Below, piece by piece: positions 39,481 to 49,600 of a DNA stretch of 57,766 nucleotides. Each line of letters starts with the position of its first letter. Position 1 is the first letter of the stretch. A model generated the notes under the pieces. The model saw only the letters and a program-made list of their open reading frames with translations, made no database searches and was not told the origin of the DNA. The position numbers and the translations under genes were made by a program. Origin of the DNA: Andalucia godoyi And28 (Eukaryota > Protista > Jakobida); the NCBI GenBank assembly GCA_009859145.1, contig VRVR01000014.1:68222-125987 (forward strand), read 5' to 3'.

Positions 39481-40746
39481 ATGAGGATCGTTTCAGCCGT
39501 GTGCTTCGCCTTCGCTTTGCTGATTGGCTTGTCGGCTGCTCTTGTTGCCGGTGAGCGACTTTCACAGAAGCAAATGGACAATGGAAATGCTGTGCTGCAG
39601 TTTGCGCGCAGCCTTGAACACTTGGTTACTTACATTGTAGGAGACGAGCTTTCCTCTCTGTTTGGACTTGAGCAGACGGCTGACTCGAGCTCCTATGACT
39701 TGGCCAACTTCTTGCCGCAGGATGGCATGCACAACCAGGAAATCCGCCAAGTGGCGTTTCTATCCAACACTGGATCCCGAAGATCGGTGAAGGCCAGCGG
39801 TGCTTCACGTCCTCACACTCTGGCGGACACAGTTGCGTACAATGAATGTGTCCATGGGGTGTACGCTCGGTATCGTGTGAACACTACGCAAGGCCCGTTC
39901 AGTCGGTCTGGGTGCTTCTGTCCGTTGGATTATGTCGGGTCAAATTGCAATGTGCAGAGAAGGGTGGCGTGCACCATTTTGCAGGTGTGGCCGCAGAATG
40001 CTTGCGTGGCCACAGGTAATTACATTGGTTATCCCGTGTGCTTGCAGAGAGTGTCTTCGGAGGTGGAGTCGTATAGGTTTACGCTTTCCTGTGCATTTTC
40101 TCAGAGCGCCCAGGGGATTCCATTCACAGTCCCGGGAGGATTCAATGATTCTGTCTTGTTGGAGGTCAGGAATATTGGGTTATCTGCGAATACCAGTTTG
40201 GCTGTCGGAGCGCTGGTTACCATGAAGCAGCTGATGGATGCATTTGGATACTCGTTCATTGGTTCGTCTCCAGCCGTTGTTGCAGATCCGTTGTATCTGT
40301 CTGCGGATCCGCACTGGGACTTAATCTTCCATCCCATTGATTTCGCAAAGTACGCTTCCGCGGGAGGTGAGGTCCAGGTTCGACTGTCAGAAGCAGAAGT
40401 GCAGGGAGCTCGCAATGTGACGTTCAATGTCGACTATGGGAGGATTCCGGCCTCGTTCAAGCAGTTTGGACGAATGTACGCAGAAGTTGGATTTGTGTTC
40501 AATGAGACCATCTCATACGTTGCGGAAGAAGATAAGAAATACGTGCAGATCGTTGTTGACTTTACAGATTACCTGGAACCGGCATCAACAGTGGAGCAGG
40601 GACTTGTGGTCTTGATTGCGACTGTGTGTGTGGCAGCTGTCTTGTCGTTCCTTGCCGTCGTGTGGGCAGTTCACGAACATCGTAAGGAGATTCGACACAT
40701 CGTGGTCAAGCGACACGAGTTTTTGAATCGAAAGAAGCTGTCCTAA
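39481..40746 (+). CDS. Type I membrane protein with an EGF-like domain (orphan)
   Basis: Signal peptide MRIVSAVCFAFALLIGLSAALVA, EGF-like ECVHG...GCFCPLDYVGSNC, TM GLVVLIATVCVAAVLSFLAVVWAV and a short basic tail. 421 aa. Confidence 0.75.
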   Translation: MRIVSAVCFAFALLIGLSAALVAGERLSQKQMDNGNAVLQFARSLEHLVTYIVGDELSSLFGLEQTADSSSYDLANFLPQDGMHNQEIRQVAFLSNTGSRRSVKASGASRPHTLADTVAYNECVHGVYARYRVNTTQGPFSRSGCFCPLDYVGSNCNVQRRVACTILQVWPQNACVATGNYIGYPVCLQRVSSEVESYRFTLSCAFSQSAQGIPFTVPGGFNDSVLLEVRNIGLSANTSLAVGALVTMKQLMDAFGYSFIGSSPAVVADPLYLSADPHWDLIFHPIDFAKYASAGGEVQVRLSEAEVQGARNVTFNVDYGRIPASFKQFGRMYAEVGFVFNETISYVAEEDKKYVQIVVDFTDYLEPASTVEQGLVVLIATVCVAAVLSFLAVVWAVHEHRKEIRHIVVKRHEFLNRKKLS

Positions 40747-40867
40747 GAAGAACGGGTGGGATGCGTCTGCATCCTCCCTTTGATCCCCCGCACCCGCTGT
40801 TTTTTTCTTCTTCTTCTGCTGCATCAACATCGGCACGTGTTTGGAAAATCCAAGACAAAGCGATCCT

Positions 40868-42694
40868 CTAGGAGGTGAGCATCTCCCGCGTCTTGGATTC
40901 CTCGTGGATGAACTCTGCAGCCATCTTCCCGACAAGGTAGCAAGCGGCTTGTGTGTTTCCCGATACGACGTGCGGAAACACGGAAGCATCTGCAACGCGA
41001 ACGTTTTTCACCCCTCGTACACGCAGGTGGGCGTCAACGGCACGGCCCAGAGAGCATGATCCGCTTGGGTGCCAGGATGACACGACCGTATCCTTGATGT
41101 AGGCCGACAGTGCCTTGTTTCCAGAACTCGACAGCCAGCTCCGAAGTGGAAACAAAACTTTCCCACCAAACCCCGGCGATTCAACAATTCTCTGCGACAG
41201 CTTCAATGCTGCAGCGATGGTCTCGACATCGCGCTGGTCATCCATGTAGTTTGGATCAACAAGAGGATACTCCCAGTGGTTTTTTGATTTCAGTCGAACG
41301 CTTCCGCGACTGTATGGCCTGCCTTGGATTGTGAAGATGATAGCAAGATGGGAAGTAAACCAAGAAATGAACAGTGAAAAGAACCAGCAAAGCAGACGGG
41401 AAAAGAACAACAGGAAGTAGTGGAGCAGCAGGAACTGTTGGTCCGACAGCGCCGAGCGCAGAAACGGCAAGTTCGAAAGTCGGTCTGTGATGACGGATGG
41501 GATGGCATGACGGAAGGAAGCAGAGCCGTCCACGCAGACTATCTCGACAGATTCCGCCTTCTTACTGCTTGGAATATCAACAAACGAAAACGACACCGCA
41601 TCCTGACCGTTTGTCAGGGGATTCTTTCGACCCGGAAGTTTCTCCTTGCTCCACGTGTAGAGCCCGCAAAGGACGTGGTCGTGCAGATTCTGTCCAACAA
41701 ACTCGTTGCGAGCAACAAACGGAACGTTCTGCGATTGCAGTTCGTCCAAGGGCCCAATTCCGGACAGTAACAGGAGCTGCGGAGTAAAAATCGCTCCAGC
41801 AGCACAAATCACTTCTCCATTCTCAGCCAGCTGGATCCGCCTCGAAAGGCCTTGGATCCCGTGTTCTTTGGTTTGGGTTGAGCGGAACTGGCTGCAGAAC
41901 TTACTCCACCACGAAGACTTCAATCGCTTCCTGTGCTCTGCTTCTGTGTCCATGACATGAACTGCAACGGGTTTCAGTTCCGAGTTGAACTCAATCTTGA
42001 CCGCTTTGCAGTTTGTCCAAACATGGATGTTCTTATCCGGGATCGCCGGCGAATCTTCGTCGTCTTTGCGATTGAACACTGCGCGACTTGCGCAATAATG
42101 GTCGAAGGCGTTCACCCGCGACGGCTGCTCTTCTCCAAACGAATAGATTGTGTGGCTTGATCCCCCGACGCACTCACTATTGTAGGAATCGACTTTGAAG
42201 AGTCGTTCTGGATCCGTCTCCGCTGCCGCTTTGACGTACTTGTCTGCAAGCCAGGATCTTCGCGACCCTAAGGACGTAACAGACAATGCATGTTCCCCGA
42301 GATGCGGAAACTTGGATCGAATTGCATCAAACTTCCATTCAGGCGCATGGATTTCGTCCGCCCACATATCATAGTCCTCTTTCAATCCGCAGACAAACAT
42401 TCCTGCGTTCGTCGCTGTGCATCCCCCAAGAACGCGAGCCTGAGAAATCGCAATTCGGCGACCGTTCAGTCCTTTTTGTTTGGTCGTGATCACATCATAG
42501 TCAATAGAGCGGTTTCCAAAGAGCGCCGTCCATTTTTGTGGATAACACACGTTCTCGGCAGTCGGTGAATCCAGCTGCTGCACAGACGGCCCAGCTTCAA
42601 GAACTAGTGTTTTCTTTGTCGGAAATGAGTAGGACAGATGGCCTGCAGCTGCAGATCCACCAGCACCAGACCCAATAACAATAAAGTCAAACAT
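40868..42694 (-). CDS. GMC oxidoreductase (choline/glucose dehydrogenase-like flavoprotein)
   Basis: FDFIVIGSGAGG (ADP-binding), ARVLGGCTATN, AAGAIFTPQLLLLSGIG, GQNLHDH, SWHPSGSC and DASVFP...GNTQA. Confidence 0.93.
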   Translation of the reverse strand: MFDFIVIGSGAGGSAAAGHLSYSFPTKKTLVLEAGPSVQQLDSPTAENVCYPQKWTALFGNRSIDYDVITTKQKGLNGRRIAISQARVLGGCTATNAGMFVCGLKEDYDMWADEIHAPEWKFDAIRSKFPHLGEHALSVTSLGSRRSWLADKYVKAAAETDPERLFKVDSYNSECVGGSSHTIYSFGEEQPSRVNAFDHYCASRAVFNRKDDEDSPAIPDKNIHVWTNCKAVKIEFNSELKPVAVHVMDTEAEHRKRLKSSWWSKFCSQFRSTQTKEHGIQGLSRRIQLAENGEVICAAGAIFTPQLLLLSGIGPLDELQSQNVPFVARNEFVGQNLHDHVLCGLYTWSKEKLPGRKNPLTNGQDAVSFSFVDIPSSKKAESVEIVCVDGSASFRHAIPSVITDRLSNLPFLRSALSDQQFLLLHYFLLFFSRLLCWFFSLFISWFTSHLAIIFTIQGRPYSRGSVRLKSKNHWEYPLVDPNYMDDQRDVETIAAALKLSQRIVESPGFGGKVLFPLRSWLSSSGNKALSAYIKDTVVSSWHPSGSCSLGRAVDAHLRVRGVKNVRVADASVFPHVVSGNTQAACYLVGKMAAEFIHEESKTREMLTS

Positions 42695-43038
42695 TTTTGT
42701 TTTTTAAATTAGTGGGATGGAATCGCTAGATATGGTGCGCAAAGTGTTTGGCAATAGAATAAGACGTGTTTATCGAATTCTGAGCCTTGCGTTGACGGAC
42801 ACACGCAAAACAGGGTCGGAGGAAGGGCCGCTCGCATACGACAGTTGTTTTTTTTCTTTCCGGTCGAATGCGCAACAAGCACCGAAACAGGAGTCCAGGC
42901 TGGAGTCTGTCGTACTGCATATCTCACGGATGGTTTAAAGGACGCTCCCGCTTATTCGACTGCCTTATGCTTTCGTCTCGATGCGTTACTTTCACACTTT
43001 TTCTTCTTCTTATTATTATTTTATTTTGAATTACCTTT

Positions 43039-43069
<31 letters not shown>

Positions 43070-43126
43070 GTCTATCTGTCTATCTGTCTATCTGTCTATC
43101 TGTCTATCTGTCTATCTGTCTATCTA
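43039..43126. repeat. (CT)n-(TCTA)n-(TCTATCTG)n compound microsatellite
   Basis: Directly visible immediately upstream of the carboxylesterase ATG. Confidence 0.95.
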
Positions 43127-43153
43127 CTGAAGCTTTCTTTGTTATATGTGAGA

Positions 43154-44929
43154 ATGACTGCCAAGTTTACCGTTTTCATGGTGGTTGTGCTGGCCGCAAT
43201 GTGCTCGGCGTTTGCGGACCCGTCTCTGATTGTGCGGACCTCGTCGGGATTGTACGAAGGCATCACGGCTCCGAACAATTCCCAGGTTTTCCGCTGGACT
43301 GGAATTCCTTTCGCTGCTCCCCCCATTGGTAACTTGCGCTGGAAGTCTCCGATGCCGTACAACGCCACCGACTTCACTACCGTCCGATCTGCGAGTTCCT
43401 TTGGAGCATCCTGTCCGCAAGTCAACTACTACAATCCATCGGTGACTGCGTTCATGTCTGAAGACTGTCTTTCGTTGAACATCTGGTCTCCAGTCCATCC
43501 GTCGAATGTCAGTACCTCCGAACCTCTGCCGGTCATCTTCTGGATGTACGGAGGAGGTTTCTTTGAAGGTGGCACGGTCATTCCGGACTACGATGGCACA
43601 AACCTCGTGGCAATGCGCAAGTCTGTTGTGTTTGTGTCTGCAAACTATCGTCTTGGTGCGTACGGTTTTGCGTCGTCCACGAGTCTGGATGCCGAATCTG
43701 GACCCCGAAATGCTTCTGGATTGTACGGAATGGAGGACCAGCGGGCCGCCATGCAGTGGGTTCGCGACAACATCCGCAAGTTCGGAGGAAACCCCAACAA
43801 GGTGACACTCATGGGAGAATCGGCAGGATCATTCTTTGTCTGCTTCCACCTTGCCTCTCCACTCAGCTCGGGCCTGTTTCATGCAGGAATTATGGAGTCC
43901 GGCAGCTGCGAACTCTTGGACGACTTCTTCAAAGTTCACAAGACCCTGAAGCAAGTGACTGACTTGTTTGCCTCGAAGACTCGCTGCGGATCACCGAGCA
44001 ACCTTGCCTGCCTCCGTTCTCTTTCGATTTCAGAGATTGCAAACGCAACCATCGACATGAATGCGAATGTCTTGCTTGGTGCCAATGCGTTTATTCCCGA
44101 TCTCGATGGGTTCAATCTTCCGAAGTACTCGCAATTCGGCATCTCGTTCTCCAGTACATTCTCCTCGGGATCCTTCAATAAGGTTCCGCTTCTGATCGGA
44201 TTTAACCAACATGAGCAGTCATTGTTTTTGCTGGGAGACTTCGTCGGCAACCCAGCGAATGTCACTATCACTCAAGCCACTTATGATGCAATCGTCGCTT
44301 CCCAAGATGGAGGAGATCCACGTGTGAGGAATTACTACTCCGCCGAACGATTCGCAGCCTGGGATCCCCAACAACCCTTGCGCGGCGCGGTGGTTGCCTT
44401 GCTCACGCACAAGATCTTCGGCTGCCCGTCCCGCAGGCTGGCTACCGCGGTCTCGCAGAACGGGGTGCCAGTGTACATGTATCAGTTTAATCACGCGCCA
44501 GTGAATGGAATCTACGGAAACTACTCTTGGATGGGAGCGTACCACTATGCCGAAATTCCGTTTGTGTTTGGAAACCCGAATGATGAGTTTCATTACGTTC
44601 GGTCCTTTACTCCCTCCGAAGCTGTTTTATCCAAGCGTGCGATGGGCTACTGGCTCTCATTTGCAGAATCCGCAGGTAATCCGAATTACCTCACGACCGA
44701 AAGATCCATCAACGACCCTACTTTCGTGACCGCTTGGCCGCCCTACAATTCTGACACGGACCTGACCCTGGAACTTGAGGCCCGCGATGCGCTTCGAGTG
44801 CGCCACAAATTGCTCGCAGAACCGTGCAGCATCTGGGACGATTTGCAGCCTGCAAGATCCAGTGCCTTCTCGGCAGCGGCCGTCTGTTCTTCTCTGTTCA
44901 TCAGTGCGCTGTTGTCGCTGTTCTTGTAG
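43154..44929 (+). CDS. Type-B carboxylesterase (secreted, probable GPI anchor)
   Basis: Signal peptide, GIPFAAPPIGNLRW, SEDCLSLNIW, YGGGF, NYRLGAYGF and nucleophile GESAG. Acid residue in FNQHE, His in GAYHYAEIPFVFG, and a hydrophobic C-terminal tail. 591 aa. Confidence 0.93.
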   Translation: MTAKFTVFMVVVLAAMCSAFADPSLIVRTSSGLYEGITAPNNSQVFRWTGIPFAAPPIGNLRWKSPMPYNATDFTTVRSASSFGASCPQVNYYNPSVTAFMSEDCLSLNIWSPVHPSNVSTSEPLPVIFWMYGGGFFEGGTVIPDYDGTNLVAMRKSVVFVSANYRLGAYGFASSTSLDAESGPRNASGLYGMEDQRAAMQWVRDNIRKFGGNPNKVTLMGESAGSFFVCFHLASPLSSGLFHAGIMESGSCELLDDFFKVHKTLKQVTDLFASKTRCGSPSNLACLRSLSISEIANATIDMNANVLLGANAFIPDLDGFNLPKYSQFGISFSSTFSSGSFNKVPLLIGFNQHEQSLFLLGDFVGNPANVTITQATYDAIVASQDGGDPRVRNYYSAERFAAWDPQQPLRGAVVALLTHKIFGCPSRRLATAVSQNGVPVYMYQFNHAPVNGIYGNYSWMGAYHYAEIPFVFGNPNDEFHYVRSFTPSEAVLSKRAMGYWLSFAESAGNPNYLTTERSINDPTFVTAWPPYNSDTDLTLELEARDALRVRHKLLAEPCSIWDDLQPARSSAFSAAAVCSSLFISALLSLFL

Positions 44930-45247
44930 CAACTTTCCATGGTGAATTACCGAAGGCACCTTCACTTCTCATTAAATTTAAAATAATAAAAAAGGTGGTC
45001 TCCCCACACACCCCTCGCAGGCAAACGTCTTCCTCCGCTCTATTCCTGTACACTGAATCCAGTTAGCATTGCTGTCGATCCTTACTAGTCATCGTCGTGC
45101 ACATCTCACGACCCAAAGCGCAGGCCTTGCAGCCTTTCGAGAGAGTGGGTATTGAGTTTGGAAAGTTAAAACGTATTTCAATGAAAACGGGCGGTATGAA
45201 TGTCAGTCTGTACAAAATAGAAACTATGAAAACCCGCAGCAGTGCGA

Positions 45248-48232
45248 TCACCGCGATTGATCAAACTGATCATCGTCGAGGAGCTGAGCAATGAGTTGCC
45301 GATTCTCGGCTTCATTTGTTTTGGGATGGAAGGTGCACTCCTCGAGTTCACGTCGCCGGAGCTCTTCCTTGATGCGTTCACGACGAACTTCCGAGTGATA
45401 GCCGCTATGCAGCTGGAACGGCTGAGGAATGGTGAACGGGTGGCCTGATGATCCACTGGTGACATTGACCATGAACGCCTTTTCTTCGCGTTCCTTAAGA
45501 TCTTCAACTTTCTTCCGTGCATTTTCCTGGCGCTCAAGATATCGACCAAGTCCGCGGATTAAAATCGGTCCTTGCGCTTGTTTGGGCCCCGTTCCTTTGA
45601 CTTCGGGTTTGAACGTACATTCTCGAAGCTGCTCATACTCTGCAGCCTTCCTCAATTCATCCAATCGGCGCTCTTTTTCCTTGCGCGCGACCTCGATCTG
45701 CTTCGTCAACATAGTCGGATCTGTCAAGTCAATTAGCCTGGAAGCATTCATCGACTGGTTCGACAGATTGGTTCTAGAAGAAGGGGATGAAACCGACAGC
45801 GGGGACACAATCGAGCACCCAGAAACCGAGCGGTCCCCCGCCCCCGAAGAGCCAGATGCAGCAACACGTGAAGGCTTGAAAGGACATTCGTTCTGCAATT
45901 GCTTCTCTGCCTCCTCGATTGCTTTCTGTTTCACTTTCTTGTTGCGCTCATTCGAGACCAGATCGTCAACAGTCGACGCTTTTGCAATTTGTTTGGAGAC
46001 GTGGTTGATTTCGGGCTTGAAGGAGAACTGTGAGTAGTACTGCTCGTGCATTCTTGACCGCAGCTCCTCCGCGCGCTTCTTGTCCCGAAAAGCAAGTCGT
46101 TCGAACCTTTCTTCTTCGTTCTCATCATTGACCAACGACGCAATCTTCTCGGTGGCCTTTGGGAGTTGAGGATGGAAGCTGACGTTCGACGCATGTTCTC
46201 GTTCCGAGATTGCCACATCCAATTGTTGTCTGCGTTTTTGCTTTTGCATCCAGGCCATTTGCCGCTCCAAGAAATCACGATTGGCCCCAGAAAAGGTCTC
46301 TGATTGCTGGGCGATTCTCTGAGAATTCGAATCAATGGCGGGAGCAAATGTATACTTTTCTGCCATTTCCTGGTGCATCTGGTCTGCCTTTGCCGCGCGT
46401 TGCTGTTCTCTAAACCTGGAATCGGAATGCAACCGTTCCGCAACGTCAATCGCAGATCGCCGTGCAGCAAGCATTTCAGAAGTCTCGTTGATCGCTGGTG
46501 CAAACGTTAAATCAGGATGCTGCAAAGACTGCTGCTTGGCTCTTGCAATCTGTTCGTGTTTTTTGCGCTGCAGATCCCCTACGCGTTCGTGTACTGGTTT
46601 ATAGTCTTGCACCAGCCGATCCGACACCGAAGCTGCCTCAAGACGTGGCGTAAATGAAAACTCTTGCATTTGAGACTCCTCCTGATGCCGCTTTGCACGT
46701 TCTCGGTTGAGAACACGGTTGTCTGCATCGTGAAACAGACGTTCGTCCGCGGGAATATGCTCTCGCAACGCGTATTTTGAGATCGTCGCACTTGAAGGAC
46801 GCTTTCGTTCCGACACAATCTCTGGTCGAAATGTGCAATGCTTCATTTCTTCCTTTTCGCGCAAGAGCTTCTCTTTCTGCCGACGGGCAATTTCCGCTTC
46901 ACGAGACTTTGACAGGGCAGCAATTCGATCGTCCAAGCTTTGCTGCCGTTGCAAATTGGACGATATCTGGTTAATCTGTGGTCTGAAGGTACAATGCCTC
47001 GCAAATTCGGCCTCAACTTCATTCACAACCTTTTCCTTTGCGTATCGGTTTCGCGGAGCTGACGTTGGTCGAAGCCGAGCATTCTCGCCCTTTGGCGAAC
47101 CGCCGTCGTCGGTGCCATTTCGGCCTGGTGAATCATTGCGAACTAAGCGCCCAGAAGTCCGAGCAAGATCGCCTTCATTAAACGCAGCTGTCGACGGCTT
47201 TTCCTCCAATTGAAAATCGTCGCCGGCAACATGATCTGCATACTCAAAAATATCTCGGTCAGAGTCGTCGTCATCATCATCGGAACCATTTTCAGCCACC
47301 AATTCACTCTCCACGTCCGCATCTCTCTCGTCCTTTTTCCGCTGCTGCTGCGGCTGCTGCGATACACGATTTGCAGCAGCCTTTTCCATTTGCGGCGATG
47401 AAACCAGCCGGTGTTCCTGAGGATTGTACTCGACTGGGGCCCCAGTTCCTTTTCCAGTTGGGGCACTGTTCAACGTCGTTCGCAGTTCCTGTGCTCTCGG
47501 AGAGCCCCTTCTTCTTTCCCGCTCAACCATTAGCTCTTGGAGTTTCTGTTCTCTCTTCGCTTTCAACTCAATGGCCTTCATGGCCGACTTTGAAGACGCA
47601 TTGGACCGCAACGAGCCTGGGCTAGTGTCTCGCACCGCAGCCTGGCTTCGCGACGGAGAACCCCCTTCATTGTGTCTATTCAGCGCAGACACATTCAGCT
47701 TACTGTTGCTATCGATCAAAAGAAGCGTCTGGTCTCCGCCCTTTTGCACCACACGTCGCCTATCCTCCCGTTCCTTTTGCAGTCTGTCAAGAATCTCCTG
47801 CCGTTTTTCATTCGAAAGTTTCGAAGACTTTGAGACCGGCGCGGTACCAATCGAAACAGACGAAACATCCATTGAAATATTGCTGGTGTTGCTCAGCGAC
47901 ATGTTTGGAGACGAGAACTCTTCTATTTCATGATGTTGGTGCTGGTGAGGACCCTGAGTCGACTTTGGAGGAGATGCATAGTGTGCATCAGGAGACGAAG
48001 AAGGCGCGTCCCACTCTGAGGACAGTCCAGCTGCTGAAGAATGCTTCGACGCACGGGGAGCAGACACAACAGCCGAATGCGGATGCGAGTTAGACGAAGA
48101 ATGGCCTCGAGCAGGCTTATTGTTCCGGCTGCGGAATCGCGCAACTTGGTCTGGATTGTCCGCTAACAGTTTTTCATACTGACGAATATCCTCTTCTACC
48201 TTTAAGAGAATCGAGTCTTCTTGCACAGACAT
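45248..48232 (-). CDS. Large coiled-coil protein with about 10 [C/x]TF[x]P repeats (putative microtubule/cilium-associated)
   Basis: 994 aa from MSVQED: a disordered Ser-rich N-half, then repeated CTFRPQI/FSFTP/TFAPAI/SFHP/FSFKP/CPFKP/CTFKP/CTFHP motifs and TIPQPFQL near the C-terminus. Confidence 0.75.
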   Translation of the reverse strand: MSVQEDSILLKVEEDIRQYEKLLADNPDQVARFRSRNNKPARGHSSSNSHPHSAVVSAPRASKHSSAAGLSSEWDAPSSSPDAHYASPPKSTQGPHQHQHHEIEEFSSPNMSLSNTSNISMDVSSVSIGTAPVSKSSKLSNEKRQEILDRLQKEREDRRRVVQKGGDQTLLLIDSNSKLNVSALNRHNEGGSPSRSQAAVRDTSPGSLRSNASSKSAMKAIELKAKREQKLQELMVERERRRGSPRAQELRTTLNSAPTGKGTGAPVEYNPQEHRLVSSPQMEKAAANRVSQQPQQQRKKDERDADVESELVAENGSDDDDDDSDRDIFEYADHVAGDDFQLEEKPSTAAFNEGDLARTSGRLVRNDSPGRNGTDDGGSPKGENARLRPTSAPRNRYAKEKVVNEVEAEFARHCTFRPQINQISSNLQRQQSLDDRIAALSKSREAEIARRQKEKLLREKEEMKHCTFRPEIVSERKRPSSATISKYALREHIPADERLFHDADNRVLNRERAKRHQEESQMQEFSFTPRLEAASVSDRLVQDYKPVHERVGDLQRKKHEQIARAKQQSLQHPDLTFAPAINETSEMLAARRSAIDVAERLHSDSRFREQQRAAKADQMHQEMAEKYTFAPAIDSNSQRIAQQSETFSGANRDFLERQMAWMQKQKRRQQLDVAISEREHASNVSFHPQLPKATEKIASLVNDENEEERFERLAFRDKKRAEELRSRMHEQYYSQFSFKPEINHVSKQIAKASTVDDLVSNERNKKVKQKAIEEAEKQLQNECPFKPSRVAASGSSGAGDRSVSGCSIVSPLSVSSPSSRTNLSNQSMNASRLIDLTDPTMLTKQIEVARKEKERRLDELRKAAEYEQLRECTFKPEVKGTGPKQAQGPILIRGLGRYLERQENARKKVEDLKEREEKAFMVNVTSGSSGHPFTIPQPFQLHSGYHSEVRRERIKEELRRRELEECTFHPKTNEAENRQLIAQLLDDDQFDQSR

Positions 48233-48984
48233 TGTCAGATAACGAGAAGGGAAAATGGTGCAGCGATAACAACAATGAGGGAGAGAGAGAGAGAGAGAAA
48301 AGAAATCGGTTAAAACGAAAAACAGCAACTAGAATCGAAAAAAAAACCCCCAAAAACCCCACAAAACAACAGCAACAAAAAACCAAAAACACGATGATTT
48401 TCCTCTTCTCTTCTTCTTGTGACTGTGATATTTGGTGTCGGTTGCAAGAAGAAGCCCCTGGTTTGCAAAGGAATAGAGAAAACACGACAATATCGCAAAT
48501 TCACAAAAATATTATTTTAAAAAATAAAAATATTCAGTATAAACAATGTAAAAAACGCAAGGTACTAAAAGATGGAAAAACGAAAGAACGGAAAATAGGA
48601 AACGCAAAAGGCGCCTCCGGGTCTCCTTCAGTCTCTTAAGAAAGGGCAATGGGCGGCGTTGCAGAAACGAAAAAAACGACTCTCTGTGAAACGTTAGTGT
48701 ATCTACAGCAGCTACAGCACCATGCTGTTTTTTTTACATTTATTTTGCATTTTGGATTTTTGAAGTACATTTCGTAGCATGAATATGGTATTTACTGATT
48801 AAACAACGATTAGGATTGACTATTGGGGCAGAGATTGAAATTGGTGCAATCGCGAGTACTCGAAAGAAGCTTTGAAAGGAGTCGCAGCCTTGGCATTTTT
48901 TGAATTTTTTGAAATTTGGGGAAAAAAAAATTCTGGTTAATAATAATGCACCAACATGATTAAACCAATAGTAAAAAGACATAC

Positions 48985-49137
48985 GGAATTAAGGTGGGAT
49001 TGGGTCTGCAGGCACTCCGATAATTGTGAGTTGGCATTGGAGACGTCTTTGGAAATTCGATCGAGAATTGCATTCATTCGTTTCAATGAATCATGAACAA
49101 CTTCGGCTTCTCTCAACGTAATTTCCACGCTCTCCAT
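48985..49137 (-). CDS. Probable first exon of a small coiled-coil protein (3' exon unresolved)
   Basis: MESVEITLREAEVVHDSLKRMNAILDRISKDVSNANSQLSECLQTQSHLNS is heptad-like and ends exactly at a GTATGT donor (48984, phase 0) followed by AT-rich sequence. Confidence 0.4.
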
Positions 49138-49537
49138 TTCTCTCTCTTTCTCTCTTCCTTTCTTTTTGATCGTATTCTACGATGACAATAATGATAAACG
49201 AATGAATTAATCACTGCGGAGTGAATCTTGACTCGTAACTGACGATTTTTGGCGCCAGATTGTTTTTGTCATCCAACGAGCTGGCTCTCTTCTTGGAATC
49301 GTGGCTTTTCATCCGTCAGACCTCTTTTGCTGAGTTGATGCTGGGGACAACAATTTTATTTATTTATTACGGCTGCTCTTGCGATTCACTTTCAGTCGGG
49401 TGTTTGAATGTGAATTAATAGGAAGAGATATAAGAAACGAGCAATAAAAGAGCATTTAAGAAAGAGAGAAGACTTTCTTCTCGACGATTGCAAACTATGA
49501 TAAGAACATCCGAAACAGCAAAGCAAACCAAAAAATC

Positions 49538-49590
49538 AGAAGAAGAAGAAGAAGAAGAAGAAGAAGAAAAAAAAAAAAGAAAAAAAAACG
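49538..49590. repeat. (GAA)n plus poly(A) purine tract upstream of the RtcB-like gene
   Basis: Directly visible. Confidence 0.9.
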
Positions 49591-49600
49591 AGAGAGAGAG

